Virus record (IMG/VR): IMGVR_UViG_3300032213_000892
Span: 1-34,247 of that record
DNA from: a virus
Lineage: Duplodnaviria > Caudoviricetes
Length of the DNA stretch: 34,247 nt
Direction: 5' to 3' (one strand)
Shown here: in pieces, positions 1 to 10,100 of the stretch
Position numbering within the stretch: the stretch's first letter is position 1
Layout: every line of letters begins with the position of its first letter
Notes under the pieces: model-generated
Seen by the model: only the letters and a program-made list of their open reading frames with translations
What the model was told of the DNA's origin: nothing
Database searches by the model: none
Position numbers and translations under genes: made by a program

Positions 1-123
1 ATCGCTTCGTTGAACCTGCTTGCGCAGATCTTCGAAGTCGATGAGGTCATGGTCGGCGAAGCGATCCAGAACACCGCAGCAGAGGGCGACACCGCCGCTC
101 ACTCGTTCATTCTGGGCAAGAAG
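1..123. repeat. Terminal direct repeat (circular assembly overlap), copy 1
   Basis: Bases 1-123 (atcgcttcg...ggcaagaag) are identical to 34125-34247, and the capsid reading frame runs through the junction. Confidence 0.97.
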
Positions 124-348
124 TGCTTGCTGACTTATCGCCCACCATCGCCCGGCATCATGACGCCCGCAGCAGGCTACACGTTCTCGTGGGCCGGCTA
201 TCTGGGCGGCACGAACGAGTTCGGCTTCGTGGTCGACACCAAGCGCCGTGATGAAGAAGACACTGACGTCGTGCGCGCTCGCTCGCACTACGATCACAAG
301 TTGGTGTCTGCGTCGCTGGGCTACTTCTGGGACGCGATCGTAGCATGA
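1..348 (+). CDS. Major capsid protein, C-terminal part (continues from 33480 across the junction; 330 aa in total)
   Basis: Position 1 (=34125) is in frame with ATG 33480 (offset 645 nt). The C-terminus ...PAAGYTFSW...VRARSHYDHKLVSASLGYFWDAIVA resembles lambda-E-like capsid proteins. Confidence 0.9.
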   Translation: MASLNLLAQIFEVDEVMVGEAIQNTAAEGDTAAHSFILGKKCLLTYRPPSPGIMTPAAGYTFSWAGYLGGTNEFGFVVDTKRRDEEDTDVVRARSHYDHKLVSASLGYFWDAIVA

Positions 349-632
349 TCAAGCTAGAGCAACGATCTTTCCAGAAGTCGGATCCGCTGTTCGCGTTTCG
401 CGCGTTCACCGCTCACGGGCGTCGGTTCAATCGCGGCGCAGCGTTCGATTGGCAAGCCCTTGGCATTGCCGCAGAGAAGGTCGCGCTCCTATTCCGGGCG
501 GGTAAGGTTCGCCATTACGCGCCCGGAAACCTTGAAGTCGACCTGAGTGAAAACGGCCTCGGCGAAGAGATCGCCGAAGATGTCCCAGATCCCGCGCCGG
601 TTAAACCGACGCGAGCCAAAAAGGTGATCTAA
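345..632 (+). CDS. Hypothetical virion-associated protein
   Basis: 95 aa ORF overlapping the capsid stop codon and abutting the next gene (TAATG). Confidence 0.7.
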   Translation: MIKLEQRSFQKSDPLFAFRAFTAHGRRFNRGAAFDWQALGIAAEKVALLFRAGKVRHYAPGNLEVDLSENGLGEEIAEDVPDPAPVKPTRAKKVI

Positions 633-1090
633 TGACGTGGACTTACGGGGGAGCGCCCGGCACAACGAGCGCAACAACGCGGCGTGATGCCGTGCGCCTC
701 CTCGTAGGCGACACCGACACGACCGATCAGCAGGTCAGCGACGAAGAAATAGCCTTCGGGCTCTCTCAGGCCGCTGATGACATTTACAACGCAAGCGCGC
801 TCATCTGCCGCGCGCTTTCGGGCAAATATGCGCGGCTGGTCGATACTAGCATCGAAAGCGTCTCGTCGTCCTACTCCCAGCGCGCGACGCAATATGCAGA
901 ACTCGCCGTTCGCCTCATCAAAGAGGGCAAGCGGCTGGGCTCTGTCGGGCTGGGCGTGCCCGTCGCAGGCGGGATGTCGATCTCGGAGATGCAAAGCGTC
1001 GAGGACGATCTTGACCGCGTGCCGGCAGCCTTCCGGGTCGACCAGTTCAGCAATCCGCCGCGCTTCGACCCAATGCTTGATGAGGATTAA
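632..1090 (+). CDS. Head-tail connector/adaptor protein
   Basis: Motif DAVRLLVGDTD...SDEEI and position after the capsid gene are typical of gp6/gp15-like adaptors. Confidence 0.75.
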   Translation: MTWTYGGAPGTTSATTRRDAVRLLVGDTDTTDQQVSDEEIAFGLSQAADDIYNASALICRALSGKYARLVDTSIESVSSSYSQRATQYAELAVRLIKEGKRLGSVGLGVPVAGGMSISEMQSVEDDLDRVPAAFRVDQFSNPPRFDPMLDED

Positions 1091-1095
1091 ACGCA

Positions 1096-1473
1096 ATGGC
1101 AACCGGGGCGGAGATGCAACGGGATGTCGTCGCGCTCCTCCGGGAGCACGGCTACAATCTGACGTTTCGCCGCCCGAACAACGGCGGATCCTACAGCCCG
1201 TCAACAGGCGCTGTCACTGGCGGATCCAATGCTGACGAAACGGCGCGCGTCGTCTTCCTCAATTATAATTCGCGCGACATCGACGGCACGCTTGTGCAGC
1301 GCGGCGACCGCAAGGCAGTCATTGCCGCGACCTACAACGGCACGGCGCTGACTAAAACCCCGCAGATCGATGACGAACTGCGCGGCGAAGGTGATGCGGT
1401 GCGGGTCGTCTCCGTCCAGACGATTAAGAGCGGCGCGTCAATCCTCGCCTATATCTGCCAAGCGAGGGAATGA
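1096..1473 (+). CDS. Head closure / head-tail joining protein
   Basis: Motifs G-Y-P-TG...IDGTLVQRGDRK...YICQAR, beta-rich, expected gene order. Confidence 0.75.
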   Translation: MATGAEMQRDVVALLREHGYNLTFRRPNNGGSYSPSTGAVTGGSNADETARVVFLNYNSRDIDGTLVQRGDRKAVIAATYNGTALTKTPQIDDELRGEGDAVRVVSVQTIKSGASILAYICQARE

Positions 1474-1910
1474 TGGCGCAGGGGCAGATCCTCCAACAGA
1501 TCACAGTCGACCTCGACAAGCTCGCCGCTGACGCAGGGGCGACTGTCGCGCAGGCGCGCAACGAGTTCGTCGGCAGGCTCTCCAGAGAAGTCGTCGAGAA
1601 TACGAAGGTGGTTACGGGCAGGCTCAGGGCGTCATGGTTCTTGTCGCCAACGCTGACCGCAGCCCCGGGCACAGCCGACACCGAAATCACAACCGACAAG
1701 ATCGCGACGTTGACGATGGCGCGCCTCTCTGGGCAGGCAGGTGCGCTTGCCAGCCTTGACGGGTCGCTCTACCTGTTGAACGGCGCGAATTATGCAATCT
1801 TTGTCGAGGCGCGCACCCAGTTTCTTGCAAAGGTGCTCGCGCGCGCATCCGCAATCGCCGCAGATGTCGTGATCGAGATCCGGAACATCAAAGCGACGGG
1901 GATCCCATGA
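1470..1910 (+). CDS. HK97 gp10-like tail completion protein
   Basis: T-V-TGRLRASW and N-A-YA-FVE motifs; gene order. Confidence 0.75.
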   Translation: MMAQGQILQQITVDLDKLAADAGATVAQARNEFVGRLSREVVENTKVVTGRLRASWFLSPTLTAAPGTADTEITTDKIATLTMARLSGQAGALASLDGSLYLLNGANYAIFVEARTQFLAKVLARASAIAADVVIEIRNIKATGIP

Positions 1911-2326
1911 CAGTGATGCAGGACATCCGCGCGGCGCTTGAGCAGCAGATCGCCAATGTTTCGGGGATCCCGTCATCGAGCAATCGCGCATGGGAGAACG
2001 TGCGGTTCACCCCAACAACCAACACCGCGTGGGTTCGCATGGCGCTTGTGCCCGTGACGAGCCGCCCAGCCGTGCGCGGGCCCAGCCCGCAGATCCGGCA
2101 TGATGGTAGCTTCCTTGTCACCGCGCACTTGCCAGAAGGCGCAGGCCCAGCCGCCGCTGACGCGCTGGCAGACGCTATTCGCGCATCGTTCACAGTCGAC
2201 ACCGGATTGACATCAGGCGGCGTTACTGTGCGGTTCAATTACGCAGAGCGCGGCGTCGCCGTGCTCGACACGCCGTGGTATATCGTCACTGTGTCGATTT
2301 CATGGTACACCTACACCAGCTCATAA
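1907..2326 (+). CDS. Tail terminator protein
   Basis: AWENVRFTP...WVR...G-G...A-ALADAI...WY-VTVSI-W pattern; directly precedes the tail tube gene. Confidence 0.75.
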   Translation: MTVMQDIRAALEQQIANVSGIPSSSNRAWENVRFTPTTNTAWVRMALVPVTSRPAVRGPSPQIRHDGSFLVTAHLPEGAGPAAADALADAIRASFTVDTGLTSGGVTVRFNYAERGVAVLDTPWYIVTVSISWYTYTSS

Positions 2327-2341
2327 AAGGAGGGCGCACAA

Positions 2342-3253
2342 ATGCCATTTGCACAAGGTTCTAGAACACAGCTCGCCTATGTGTCCGAAGTCACTTACGG
2401 CACTACACCAGCGACGCCCGCGATGGTCTCGCTCCCCTTCGTCACGCACTCGGTTGACCTAACCAAGACGCGCGTGCAGTCAGCAGAGATCACACCGGAT
2501 CGTATGCCCCGCGTCGATCGTCACGGGCAGCGCACTGTCACTGGCGACATCTCAGTCGAGATGCGCCCGGCTGATTATGACTTCTTGCTCGAAGACGCGC
2601 TGTTCGGGTCGTTCAGCTCAAACGTGTTGAACACTGGCACAACAGTGGGATCTTTCACGCTCGAAGACGGCGCGCTCGACATCACGCAATATCGCGCTTT
2701 CACCGGCTGCATGGTCAACACGATGCAGATGTCGATCGCGCCGAACCAGATGACGACCGCGACCTTCGGGATCATCGGCAAGAACATGACGCAGAGCACG
2801 AGCCCGCTCGATGCGACTTTGACCGCAGCCTCGAATAACGAACCCTTCGACAGCTTCTCCGGCGCGATCAGCGAAGGCGGATCGACCATCGCATACGTCA
2901 ATTCGATTGACTTTACACTGAACAACAACCTGAACCCGACGTTCGCGCTGGGTTCGGTGACAACGCCGCAGGTCGAGTTCGGGATGTCGTCGCTCGAAGG
3001 CACGATGACTGTGTTCTATCAGGACGCCGCGCTGATCACCAAGTTCCTGAACGAGACCGAAAGCTCGCTTTCGATTGTGCTGGACGACCGAGTGGCCGGG
3101 CTAAACTACACGCTGCTGATGCCGCGCATCAAGATCAACGGCGCGGCTGTTCCGGTCGCAAGCCCTGCATCACGCCTGCTGACCATCCCGTTCGTCGCGC
3201 TGCGAGACAGTTCGACGGGCACGCAGCTGCGCATCACCCGCACGACATCATAA
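2342..3253 (+). CDS. Major tail tube protein
   Basis: Strong RBS (AAGGAGG). MPFAQGS...YVSEVTYGTTP...SAEI-DR...F-GC-VNT resembles tail tube families. 303 aa, T/S-rich. Confidence 0.88.
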   Translation: MPFAQGSRTQLAYVSEVTYGTTPATPAMVSLPFVTHSVDLTKTRVQSAEITPDRMPRVDRHGQRTVTGDISVEMRPADYDFLLEDALFGSFSSNVLNTGTTVGSFTLEDGALDITQYRAFTGCMVNTMQMSIAPNQMTTATFGIIGKNMTQSTSPLDATLTAASNNEPFDSFSGAISEGGSTIAYVNSIDFTLNNNLNPTFALGSVTTPQVEFGMSSLEGTMTVFYQDAALITKFLNETESSLSIVLDDRVAGLNYTLLMPRIKINGAAVPVASPASRLLTIPFVALRDSSTGTQLRITRTTS

Positions 3254-3263
3254 AGGGCAACTG

Positions 3264-3629
3264 ATGGATCTCTACGACCTCACGCTTCGCGAAACCTACA
3301 CCTACGCTGTTCTGCACCCGATCAAAAAGGAGCCCGTCTTGAACAAAGACGGGTCGCCTCAGTGGATCGAGATCTACGGCGCGGACACGCCGCAATACCG
3401 CAACGCGCTGGCCGAAGTGGCGCGCCTTGGGATCGAGGATCAGACGCAAAAGCTGGTCGCGTTCCTTGGGCGCATCACGGCGCGATGGGACATCACCGCA
3501 GGCAAGGATCGCCCGCGCGTGGAAGACGCCCCAGAGGTTTATGCCAAGTTTCCATCGTGGCTGCGCGATGACATCTTCACGGCGGCGTCGATCCGCGCCA
3601 ATTTTTTCGAGGAGCCCTCGGCGAGCTGA
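3264..3629 (+). CDS. Tail assembly chaperone (lambda G-like)
   Basis: Lies between tube and tape measure genes. Ends ...RANFFEEPSAS with slippery heptamer T-TTT-TTC at 3602-3608. Confidence 0.85.
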   Translation: MDLYDLTLRETYTYAVLHPIKKEPVLNKDGSPQWIEIYGADTPQYRNALAEVARLGIEDQTQKLVAFLGRITARWDITAGKDRPRVEDAPEVYAKFPSWLRDDIFTAASIRANFFEEPSAS

Positions 3630-3946
3630 TAAAGCACGCTGAGGGGGTCTTTCGGCTCGCGCAACGGGACAAAGACGGCATCTCGCTGCGCGAGCATTAC
3701 GAACAGGTCGAAAAGGCAACGGGGATCCGCCCGCACGAACTGGACATCACGCCCATGCCGCCAACAATGGGCGAGTTCTGGTCTGTGTTCCTCCGCCTGC
3801 ATCGGTCTCGGCAGGCCGACGCGCCCATAGCATTTTCGGAGGTGTTAGCGTATAGTAAGCTTACCGGGCGGATCTTCACGCCCCTAGAGGTCGACGCGAT
3901 CTCAGAACTCGACGGCTTGTGGCACGCAGAGAGGGCAAAGAAGTGA
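3602..3946 (+). CDS. Tail assembly chaperone frameshift extension (GT-like, -1 frame)
   Basis: The -1 frame is open from the slippery site (FFRGALGELIKHAEGVFRLAQRDKDGISLREHYEQV...) into the 3755..3946 ORF, ending at the GTGA overlap with the tape measure start. Confidence 0.82.
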   Translation, partial: FFRGALGELIKHAEGVFRLAQRDKDGISLREHYEQVEKATGIRPHELDITPMPPTMGEFWSVFLRLHRSRQADAPIAFSEVLAYSKLTGRIFTPLEVDAISELDGLWHAERAKK

Positions 3947-5943
3947 CGACCGATCTAGTAACGCTTGGCGTCGAAGTTCAGACCAAAGGCGCTGCGCAAT
4001 CTGCGCAGCAACTCGGCCAATTCACGACTGCCGCAAAGGGCGCGGCTGGCGCATCCGATACTCTAGACGATCAGATCCGAGAACTTGTTTCTCGGCTTTC
4101 GAGTTTGGCAAAAGAGGAGCAGAAGGCCGCAGCCGAAACTAATCGGCTAGCGGCTGAACAACGCAAAGCCGCAGCCGACGCGAAAAAACTTGCAGATGAA
4201 CAGGCGCGGGCTAGCTCTACGGCTGGATCGATGGGCGGCGCGATGCAAGGCATCGGGACAGCGTTCAAAAACAACTCATCATCTATCCAAAACGCGGGCT
4301 TCCAGATCTCTGACCTTATCGTTCAGATGGAAATGGGCGTCCCTGCTTCCCGGGCGCTCGGGCAACAACTCCCGCAACTGCTTGGGGGTTTCGGGCCGCT
4401 CGGCGCTGTCGTCGGTGTCGCAACTGGCGCGCTGCTGACGCTCGCACCCGCGCTTTTCGGTGCATCAGAAGAAACAGGGAAACTTGACGAGGCAATCCAA
4501 GATTTAAGTGCATCGACAGATGAACTTATATTAAAAGCCGACGCTTTACGTCTCGGCGTGGATGAAGAGCAGGTGTTAATTTTCCAGCGGCTTAACGAGC
4601 TTTTGGTTGAACGTTCTGAACTGGAAACCCGGCTTCAGGCTGGCGGCGGTCAACAGGTGGCTGCTTCAGTTTTACTTCAGAGTGTTAATGCGGAGATCGC
4701 AGCAACTGAGCTGTTAATTGAAAAAAGTAACGACGCAAAACGGCAACTAGAAGAATTAGAAGCACCCAAAAAGGGCGCGGATAAACTGGCTATGCTAGAG
4801 GCGGAAAACGCCCTTATGCGCGTTCAAGTGGAGTTTGGGAAAGAAAGCACAGAGTTTGCGCTGGCGCGAGCCGAAGCGGAATTGAAAGCGTTTGAGGCTA
4901 CTCTCTCGACTGCGAATGAAGCCAGCGGGCTAAACGACAAATTGCGCGCCGCTTTTATTGAGGGTCAAAACCTATCTTCACTTGATATTGCCAGCGGGCT
5001 CGGATCAGCAGCAAACGAAGCATCGCGCATGGCGGACGAACTGGCGCGTGCAGCATCAAACGCGATTTCTGCGGCGGCCAACGCCAATCGAGCGCGCCGC
5101 GAAGCAGAGATCCGCCTTAAATTTGCTGGCGACCCGGCAGGGCAAGCAGGGGCCATGTTTGACCTACAGTCGGGGATCCTACAAGGGTCGCAGGATATGG
5201 GCGTGCGGATGCAGTTTGAAGCCCTGCGGCAAGAGACTGTCGACAATGCTGCGGCAACGGCTGAAGCTCAGGCCGCGCTCGCATCATTTAACCAAACTAT
5301 GCGCAGCAGCGGAACGGCGGCGGCAAAAGTCGACCAAGAGGTGGCAAAGCTGACCGAAACATTTGACCCATTCCAAAAGGTGGTTGAAGGCGTCGCGGGC
5401 ACGATCGAGAGCGAGCTCAACAGCGCGTTCGCATCCGTATTAGACGGGACGAAGACGCTCGGCGAAGCGCTGCTCGACTTTGCTTCAAACGTGCTTGCGC
5501 AAGTCGCGAAGGATCTATTCGCGCAACAGTTCTCCAAGCCTATCGCGGCGGGGATCGCGGGGATCTTCTCAGAGAAGGGCAATGTATTTAACAGCGCGGG
5601 CGTCACACCCTTTGCGAACGGCGGCGTCGTCAGCGGGCCTACAATCTTCCCGTTCGCAAACGGCGTCGGGCTGATGGGCGAAGCAGGGCCGGAGGCGATC
5701 ATGCCGCTGGCGCGCGGCGCCGATGGCAAGCTGGGCGTGTCGGCAGCGAATGGCAACAGCGCGCCGAATGTCATCATCAACAATTACAGCGGACAGGAGG
5801 CCACGGCGTCATCTGACAGCGCGGGGAACCTCGTCGTGGAGATTGGCCGCGCCATCGCGCAGGACATCACTTCTGGCGGGCCTAGCTATCGCGCCATCCG
5901 CACGACGTTCGGGCTCGGCAACCGCTTGCAGCAGAGGGGCTAG
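3943..5943 (+). CDS. Tape measure protein
   Basis: Likely GTG start at 3943 overlapping the upstream TGA. Ala-rich helical protein with the QISDL-VQ...QQLPQL motif and C-terminal FANGGVV-GPT...GEAGPEAIMPL. Confidence 0.93.
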   Translation: MTTDLVTLGVEVQTKGAAQSAQQLGQFTTAAKGAAGASDTLDDQIRELVSRLSSLAKEEQKAAAETNRLAAEQRKAAADAKKLADEQARASSTAGSMGGAMQGIGTAFKNNSSSIQNAGFQISDLIVQMEMGVPASRALGQQLPQLLGGFGPLGAVVGVATGALLTLAPALFGASEETGKLDEAIQDLSASTDELILKADALRLGVDEEQVLIFQRLNELLVERSELETRLQAGGGQQVAASVLLQSVNAEIAATELLIEKSNDAKRQLEELEAPKKGADKLAMLEAENALMRVQVEFGKESTEFALARAEAELKAFEATLSTANEASGLNDKLRAAFIEGQNLSSLDIASGLGSAANEASRMADELARAASNAISAAANANRARREAEIRLKFAGDPAGQAGAMFDLQSGILQGSQDMGVRMQFEALRQETVDNAAATAEAQAALASFNQTMRSSGTAAAKVDQEVAKLTETFDPFQKVVEGVAGTIESELNSAFASVLDGTKTLGEALLDFASNVLAQVAKDLFAQQFSKPIAAGIAGIFSEKGNVFNSAGVTPFANGGVVSGPTIFPFANGVGLMGEAGPEAIMPLARGADGKLGVSAANGNSAPNVIINNYSGQEATASSDSAGNLVVEIGRAIAQDITSGGPSYRAIRTTFGLGNRLQQRG

Positions 5944-5946
5944 ACC

Positions 5947-6312
5947 ATGCCAACGTGGCCGGGATCACTCCCGCAATACTTCGAAGTCGGCGTGCAGGAC
6001 ACCCGGCAGCAAGGGTTCATCCGTTCGCAGACCGAAACCGGCCCGTATAAGCAGCGCAAGCGGTTCACCGCGACATCACGCTTTCTGTCGGGCACGATGC
6101 TGCTGACGGGCACAGAGCGCGCGACGTTTGAGACATTCTACAAGACGACGATCGCCGAAGGCACGGACGCTTTCGATTTCATCGACCCGGCGGACTTCTC
6201 GACCATCTCAGCGCGCTTCGTGTCGCCGCCTTCCCTCTCCGCCGTCTCTGGCGGGGGCACGGCGGGCACTGGGCAGTGGCGCATTGAGATCGTGCTGGAG
6301 GTGCTCCCGTAA
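5947..6312 (+). CDS. Distal tail protein (gpM/Dit-like)
   Basis: MPTWP--LP...IRSQ-ETGP-KQR-RFT...F-TFY...G-D-F-F pattern; follows the tape measure gene. Confidence 0.78.
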   Translation: MPTWPGSLPQYFEVGVQDTRQQGFIRSQTETGPYKQRKRFTATSRFLSGTMLLTGTERATFETFYKTTIAEGTDAFDFIDPADFSTISARFVSPPSLSAVSGGGTAGTGQWRIEIVLEVLP

Positions 6313-6788
6313 TGGCGCGCAGTCTTCCCACCGCTGTTATCACCGCCGTGAACTCGCAGACGACGGCGCGCGCGTTTCTGGTGCTGCTTGAGATCACGCA
6401 CAGCGATCTCGACACGTTTTATCTGGTCAACAACACAGAGAACATCACATCCGGCGGCAACACCTATATTGCTTTCCCGTTCGCCGTGACGCTCCCGCCA
6501 GACGACCCGGGGCTGCAAGTGCGGGCGCGCCTCACGCTGTCGCACGTCACGACCGAACTTAACATCCTGCGCACGCTGGCAGGGCAGCGCGAGCGGCCCG
6601 CGTTCAAGCTGGAGGTGATCGATGCGAGCGCGCCCAACACCATCTTGCAGAGCGTTTCCGGGCTTGTCGCGGCGTCGGTCAGCTATAACGCAGACGCGAT
6701 GAACATCGACCTCACAATCGACAACTTCCTCACGGAGCCTTTCCCAAGTGCAACCTTCTCGCCGTCTACCTTCCCCGGCATCTTCTAA
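6312..6788 (+). CDS. Minor tail tip protein (DUF1833-like)
   Basis: LVLLEITH...YLVNNTENI...YIAFPF-VTLP...FSPSTFPGIF pattern. Confidence 0.78.
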   Translation: MARSLPTAVITAVNSQTTARAFLVLLEITHSDLDTFYLVNNTENITSGGNTYIAFPFAVTLPPDDPGLQVRARLTLSHVTTELNILRTLAGQRERPAFKLEVIDASAPNTILQSVSGLVAASVSYNADAMNIDLTIDNFLTEPFPSATFSPSTFPGIF

Positions 6789-7185
6789 CTGGTGGAACAA
6801 TTATGTCGGGATCCCGTTCAAATGGAACGGGGCGACGCGTGAAGGCGCGTCGTGCTGGGGGCTTGTCTGCTTGGTTTACAAAGAGGTCTACAGGATCAAA
6901 CTACCGCGCCACAATGAGATGGAGAGCCAGATCGAGCGCGGCGCGGGATCCTTTTCTGATTTTGCCGCGACAGGCGTGCAGATCGACATCGCAGATGTGC
7001 AATCGGGCGACGTCTTGCATATGTGGGGGTTCTATAAGGGCAAGCGGCGCGCCACGCATTGCGGGATCGTCGCGCAGCCCGGTTTCGTGCTCCATGCAGA
7101 AGAAGTTATCGGATCCTGCATTTCACGCTATAATGGCGACAATCGTTTCTTGCAGCGCGTGATCGGAGCATACCGCCTTGAATGA
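6748..7185 (+). CDS. NlpC/P60-family tail tip protein (start uncertain)
   Basis: YVGIPF...G-SCWGLV (catalytic Cys)...GDVL...HCGI...LHA. The only in-frame start upstream of the domain is a GTG inside the preceding gene. Confidence 0.85.
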   Translation: MQPSRRLPSPASSNWWNNYVGIPFKWNGATREGASCWGLVCLVYKEVYRIKLPRHNEMESQIERGAGSFSDFAATGVQIDIADVQSGDVLHMWGFYKGKRRATHCGIVAQPGFVLHAEEVIGSCISRYNGDNRFLQRVIGAYRLE

Positions 7186-10100
7186 CCTCACACACCCAAA
7201 TCAGAGCGCGCTCGCAGAATATATTGAGGTCACGCTTGTTCTGAACCCATTATCGCAGGGGGGCCGGCTGGTCGTGCGCGTCGCGCCAATGGGCACGCTC
7301 GCGGATCTGGTCGCGGCGCTCGTGCCAGACGAACTTGACCGCGACCATATCAGCGCGTTCATCGGGGGCGATTACATCGAGCCAGATCTCTGGGCGAAGA
7401 TCCGCCCGAAGTCTGGCGCGTCGGTATATTTGCGCATCGTGCCGCAGGATCCAGTCACGCTGATTTCGATCCTTGGGACGGCGCTTGCGCCGACGATCAC
7501 CACCGCGCTTGGATTTACAGCGGGGTCACTTGGCGCGTCAATCGCGGGCGCGGCAATCTCTATCGCGATCACCTATGCGGCTTCGGCGCTGATCGGCCCG
7601 CGCCAGACGCAGAACCGCGCTGAAAGTCCGACCTACGGGATCAGCTCAGCGCGCAACGGCATAACGCCGTTTCAGACTGTGCCCGTCGTGCTGGGCACGC
7701 ACCGCATGGTTCCGCCCTATGGCGCTGCGCCTTACACAGAGGTCGTCGGCAATGCGCAGTATTTGCGCTTTGTGCTGATTTGGGGCTATGGCCCGGTCGA
7801 TGTATCCGACATCAGGATCGGCAATACGCCGATCGGCGATTACGCAGATGTCGAGACCGAACACGATTTCAACGGCAACGCGACGCAGCTTGATCTTTAT
7901 CCGGCGGATGCCAGCCAAGAAGATTTATCAATCCGCCTGACGACCAGCTTTGTCGAGCGCACGACGCCGCGCGACACGACGGAGATCGGCGTAACGTTCA
8001 CCTTCCCTACTGGGCTGTTCAAACAGAACGACAAAGGCCAGCGGGTCAACACTTCTGCGCGCATCATTGGGGATTACCGATTGGTCGGCGCGGGGTCGTG
8101 GACGTCGTGGTTCGACCAGACCTATACCGACGATACCGCGCAGGTGAAGCGCGTGTCACAGCGCGAGCGCGGGCTCACCTCTGGGCAATATGAGGTGCGG
8201 ATCAAGCGCCAAGTCGCGCAGTCTGGCAGCGCCAAGATCAGCGACAGCTGCATCTGGACAGACCTGCGTTCTTTCAATACGGCAGCTGAGCCCGTGCTGC
8301 TGTCTGGTATCGCGAAAAGCGCGTTTCGCATCAAAGCGACAGACCAGCTCAACGGCGTCGTGGATCAGCTAAACGCGCTCGTCTCGCTCAAGATCCCAAC
8401 ATGGAACGGATCCGCTTGGGTCACGCCCGTGGCTACGACATCGAACCCCGCAGCGATCTTCCGCTATGTCCTAAAGGGCGCGCCGAACAAAAAGCCGGTC
8501 ACTGCCGCAAATATCAACGACGCGGAACTGGGCGCGTGGTATGAGTTCTGCGAAGCAAAGGGTTTTGCGTTCGATCAAGTGATCGACTTCCAGCTGTCGG
8601 TGCGCGATCTGCTGCAAGACGTCGCAAACGCTGGCAAAGCGAGCCCGGCCTATGTTGACGACAAGTGGACAGTGATCATAGAGCAACCGCGCTCGACAGT
8701 CATTCAACATTTCACGCCGCGCAACACCCGCAATTTCGTCGGGCAGATCATCTATAACGAGATCCCGGACGCGCTGCGGATCCGGTTCTTTAACAAGAAC
8801 AAGGGCTACCGCGAAGACGAAATCATCGTCTATGATGACGGATTCAATAAAGCGAACGCCGCGACTTTCCAGCTGATTGATTTGCCCGGCCAGACGAGCG
8901 CGGGCAACGTGCACAAACTGGGTCGCCACTACATCGCGTCGGCACGCCTGCGCCCAGAAGCCTTTACATTCGAACTCGACATCGAGCACCTCGTCGCAAT
9001 GCGCGGGGATCTGTGCCGTTTGACGCATGATGTGCCGGGGATCGGCCAGATGTCGGGGCGCGTCGTTTCGCGCGCCACGAATACGATTGTGCTAGATGAG
9101 CCGGTCACGCGCGAGGCGGGCAAGGTCTACACGCTGCGGATCCGCGAAACCGCGACGGGCACGACGCGCGCGCTGACAGTCGCGGCATCAGGCACGACTG
9201 TGACCAGCGACACTGTGGACGTGACGAGCGGCGGGTCAAATGTCAACGCGGGCGACCTGTTCCAGTTCGGCGAACAGAACCTTGAGAGCCTAGAAGTACT
9301 GATCGCGGGGATCGAATACCTCGACGACCTCGCCGCCGCCGTCACTTGCGTGCCCTATTCGCCCGCGATTTACGACGCGGCAAACACGATCCCAGAATAT
9401 ACGACGATCCTATCGGATCCGGTGTCAGCTTCATTCACGGGGCCACCGCGCCCGTTCATCTCAAGCGTCGTGTCAGATGAAGCCGCATTACAAGTCACGT
9501 CGAGCGGCGCGATCGTGCCGTCGATCTTCCTCTATGTGCAGGCGGGCAAGACGGCGCGAGCGTCAGATGGGACAGTCACCAGAACTGCTTTCTTTCAAGC
9601 CCGGTTCCGCAGATCAGGCACAGATGACCCGTTCACCTATATGCCCTATTCCGCAGTCGACACTCCATATGTCGAAATATTCCCCGTCGAGAGCGGCAAA
9701 AATTATGACATCGCCGTGCGCGCCATCGGCCCTGACGAGGCAACGACCAGCGCGTTCGTCGAAATCGCGAACCACACAGTCATCGGCGCGTCGGCAAAAC
9801 CGCCAGCCGTTGATACATTCACCATCAACACAATCGGAGAACACACTTACGTCCAGTGGACATACCCATCTATCCCGGTCGACGTGATCGGATATGAAAT
9901 CCGATATTCCGCAAACCAGAGCAATACGGATTGGAAAAGCATGACGGCGATGGGGAACAGTCTTCCCCGTGAGGCGCGTTCGTTTACTGTGCCAAGCAGA
10001 TCAGGATCCTATGCGATCAAGCCGATTGATGTGCTGCAAAACAGATCGGTCGCGGCTAAATACATCAACGCTTCGCTGGAAGACCCAGCCGCGCAGAATG

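Noticed and set aside
1-123. Terminal repeat as a biological direct terminal repeat
   Set aside because: It falls mid-capsid gene and is most simply an assembler overlap on a circular contig.
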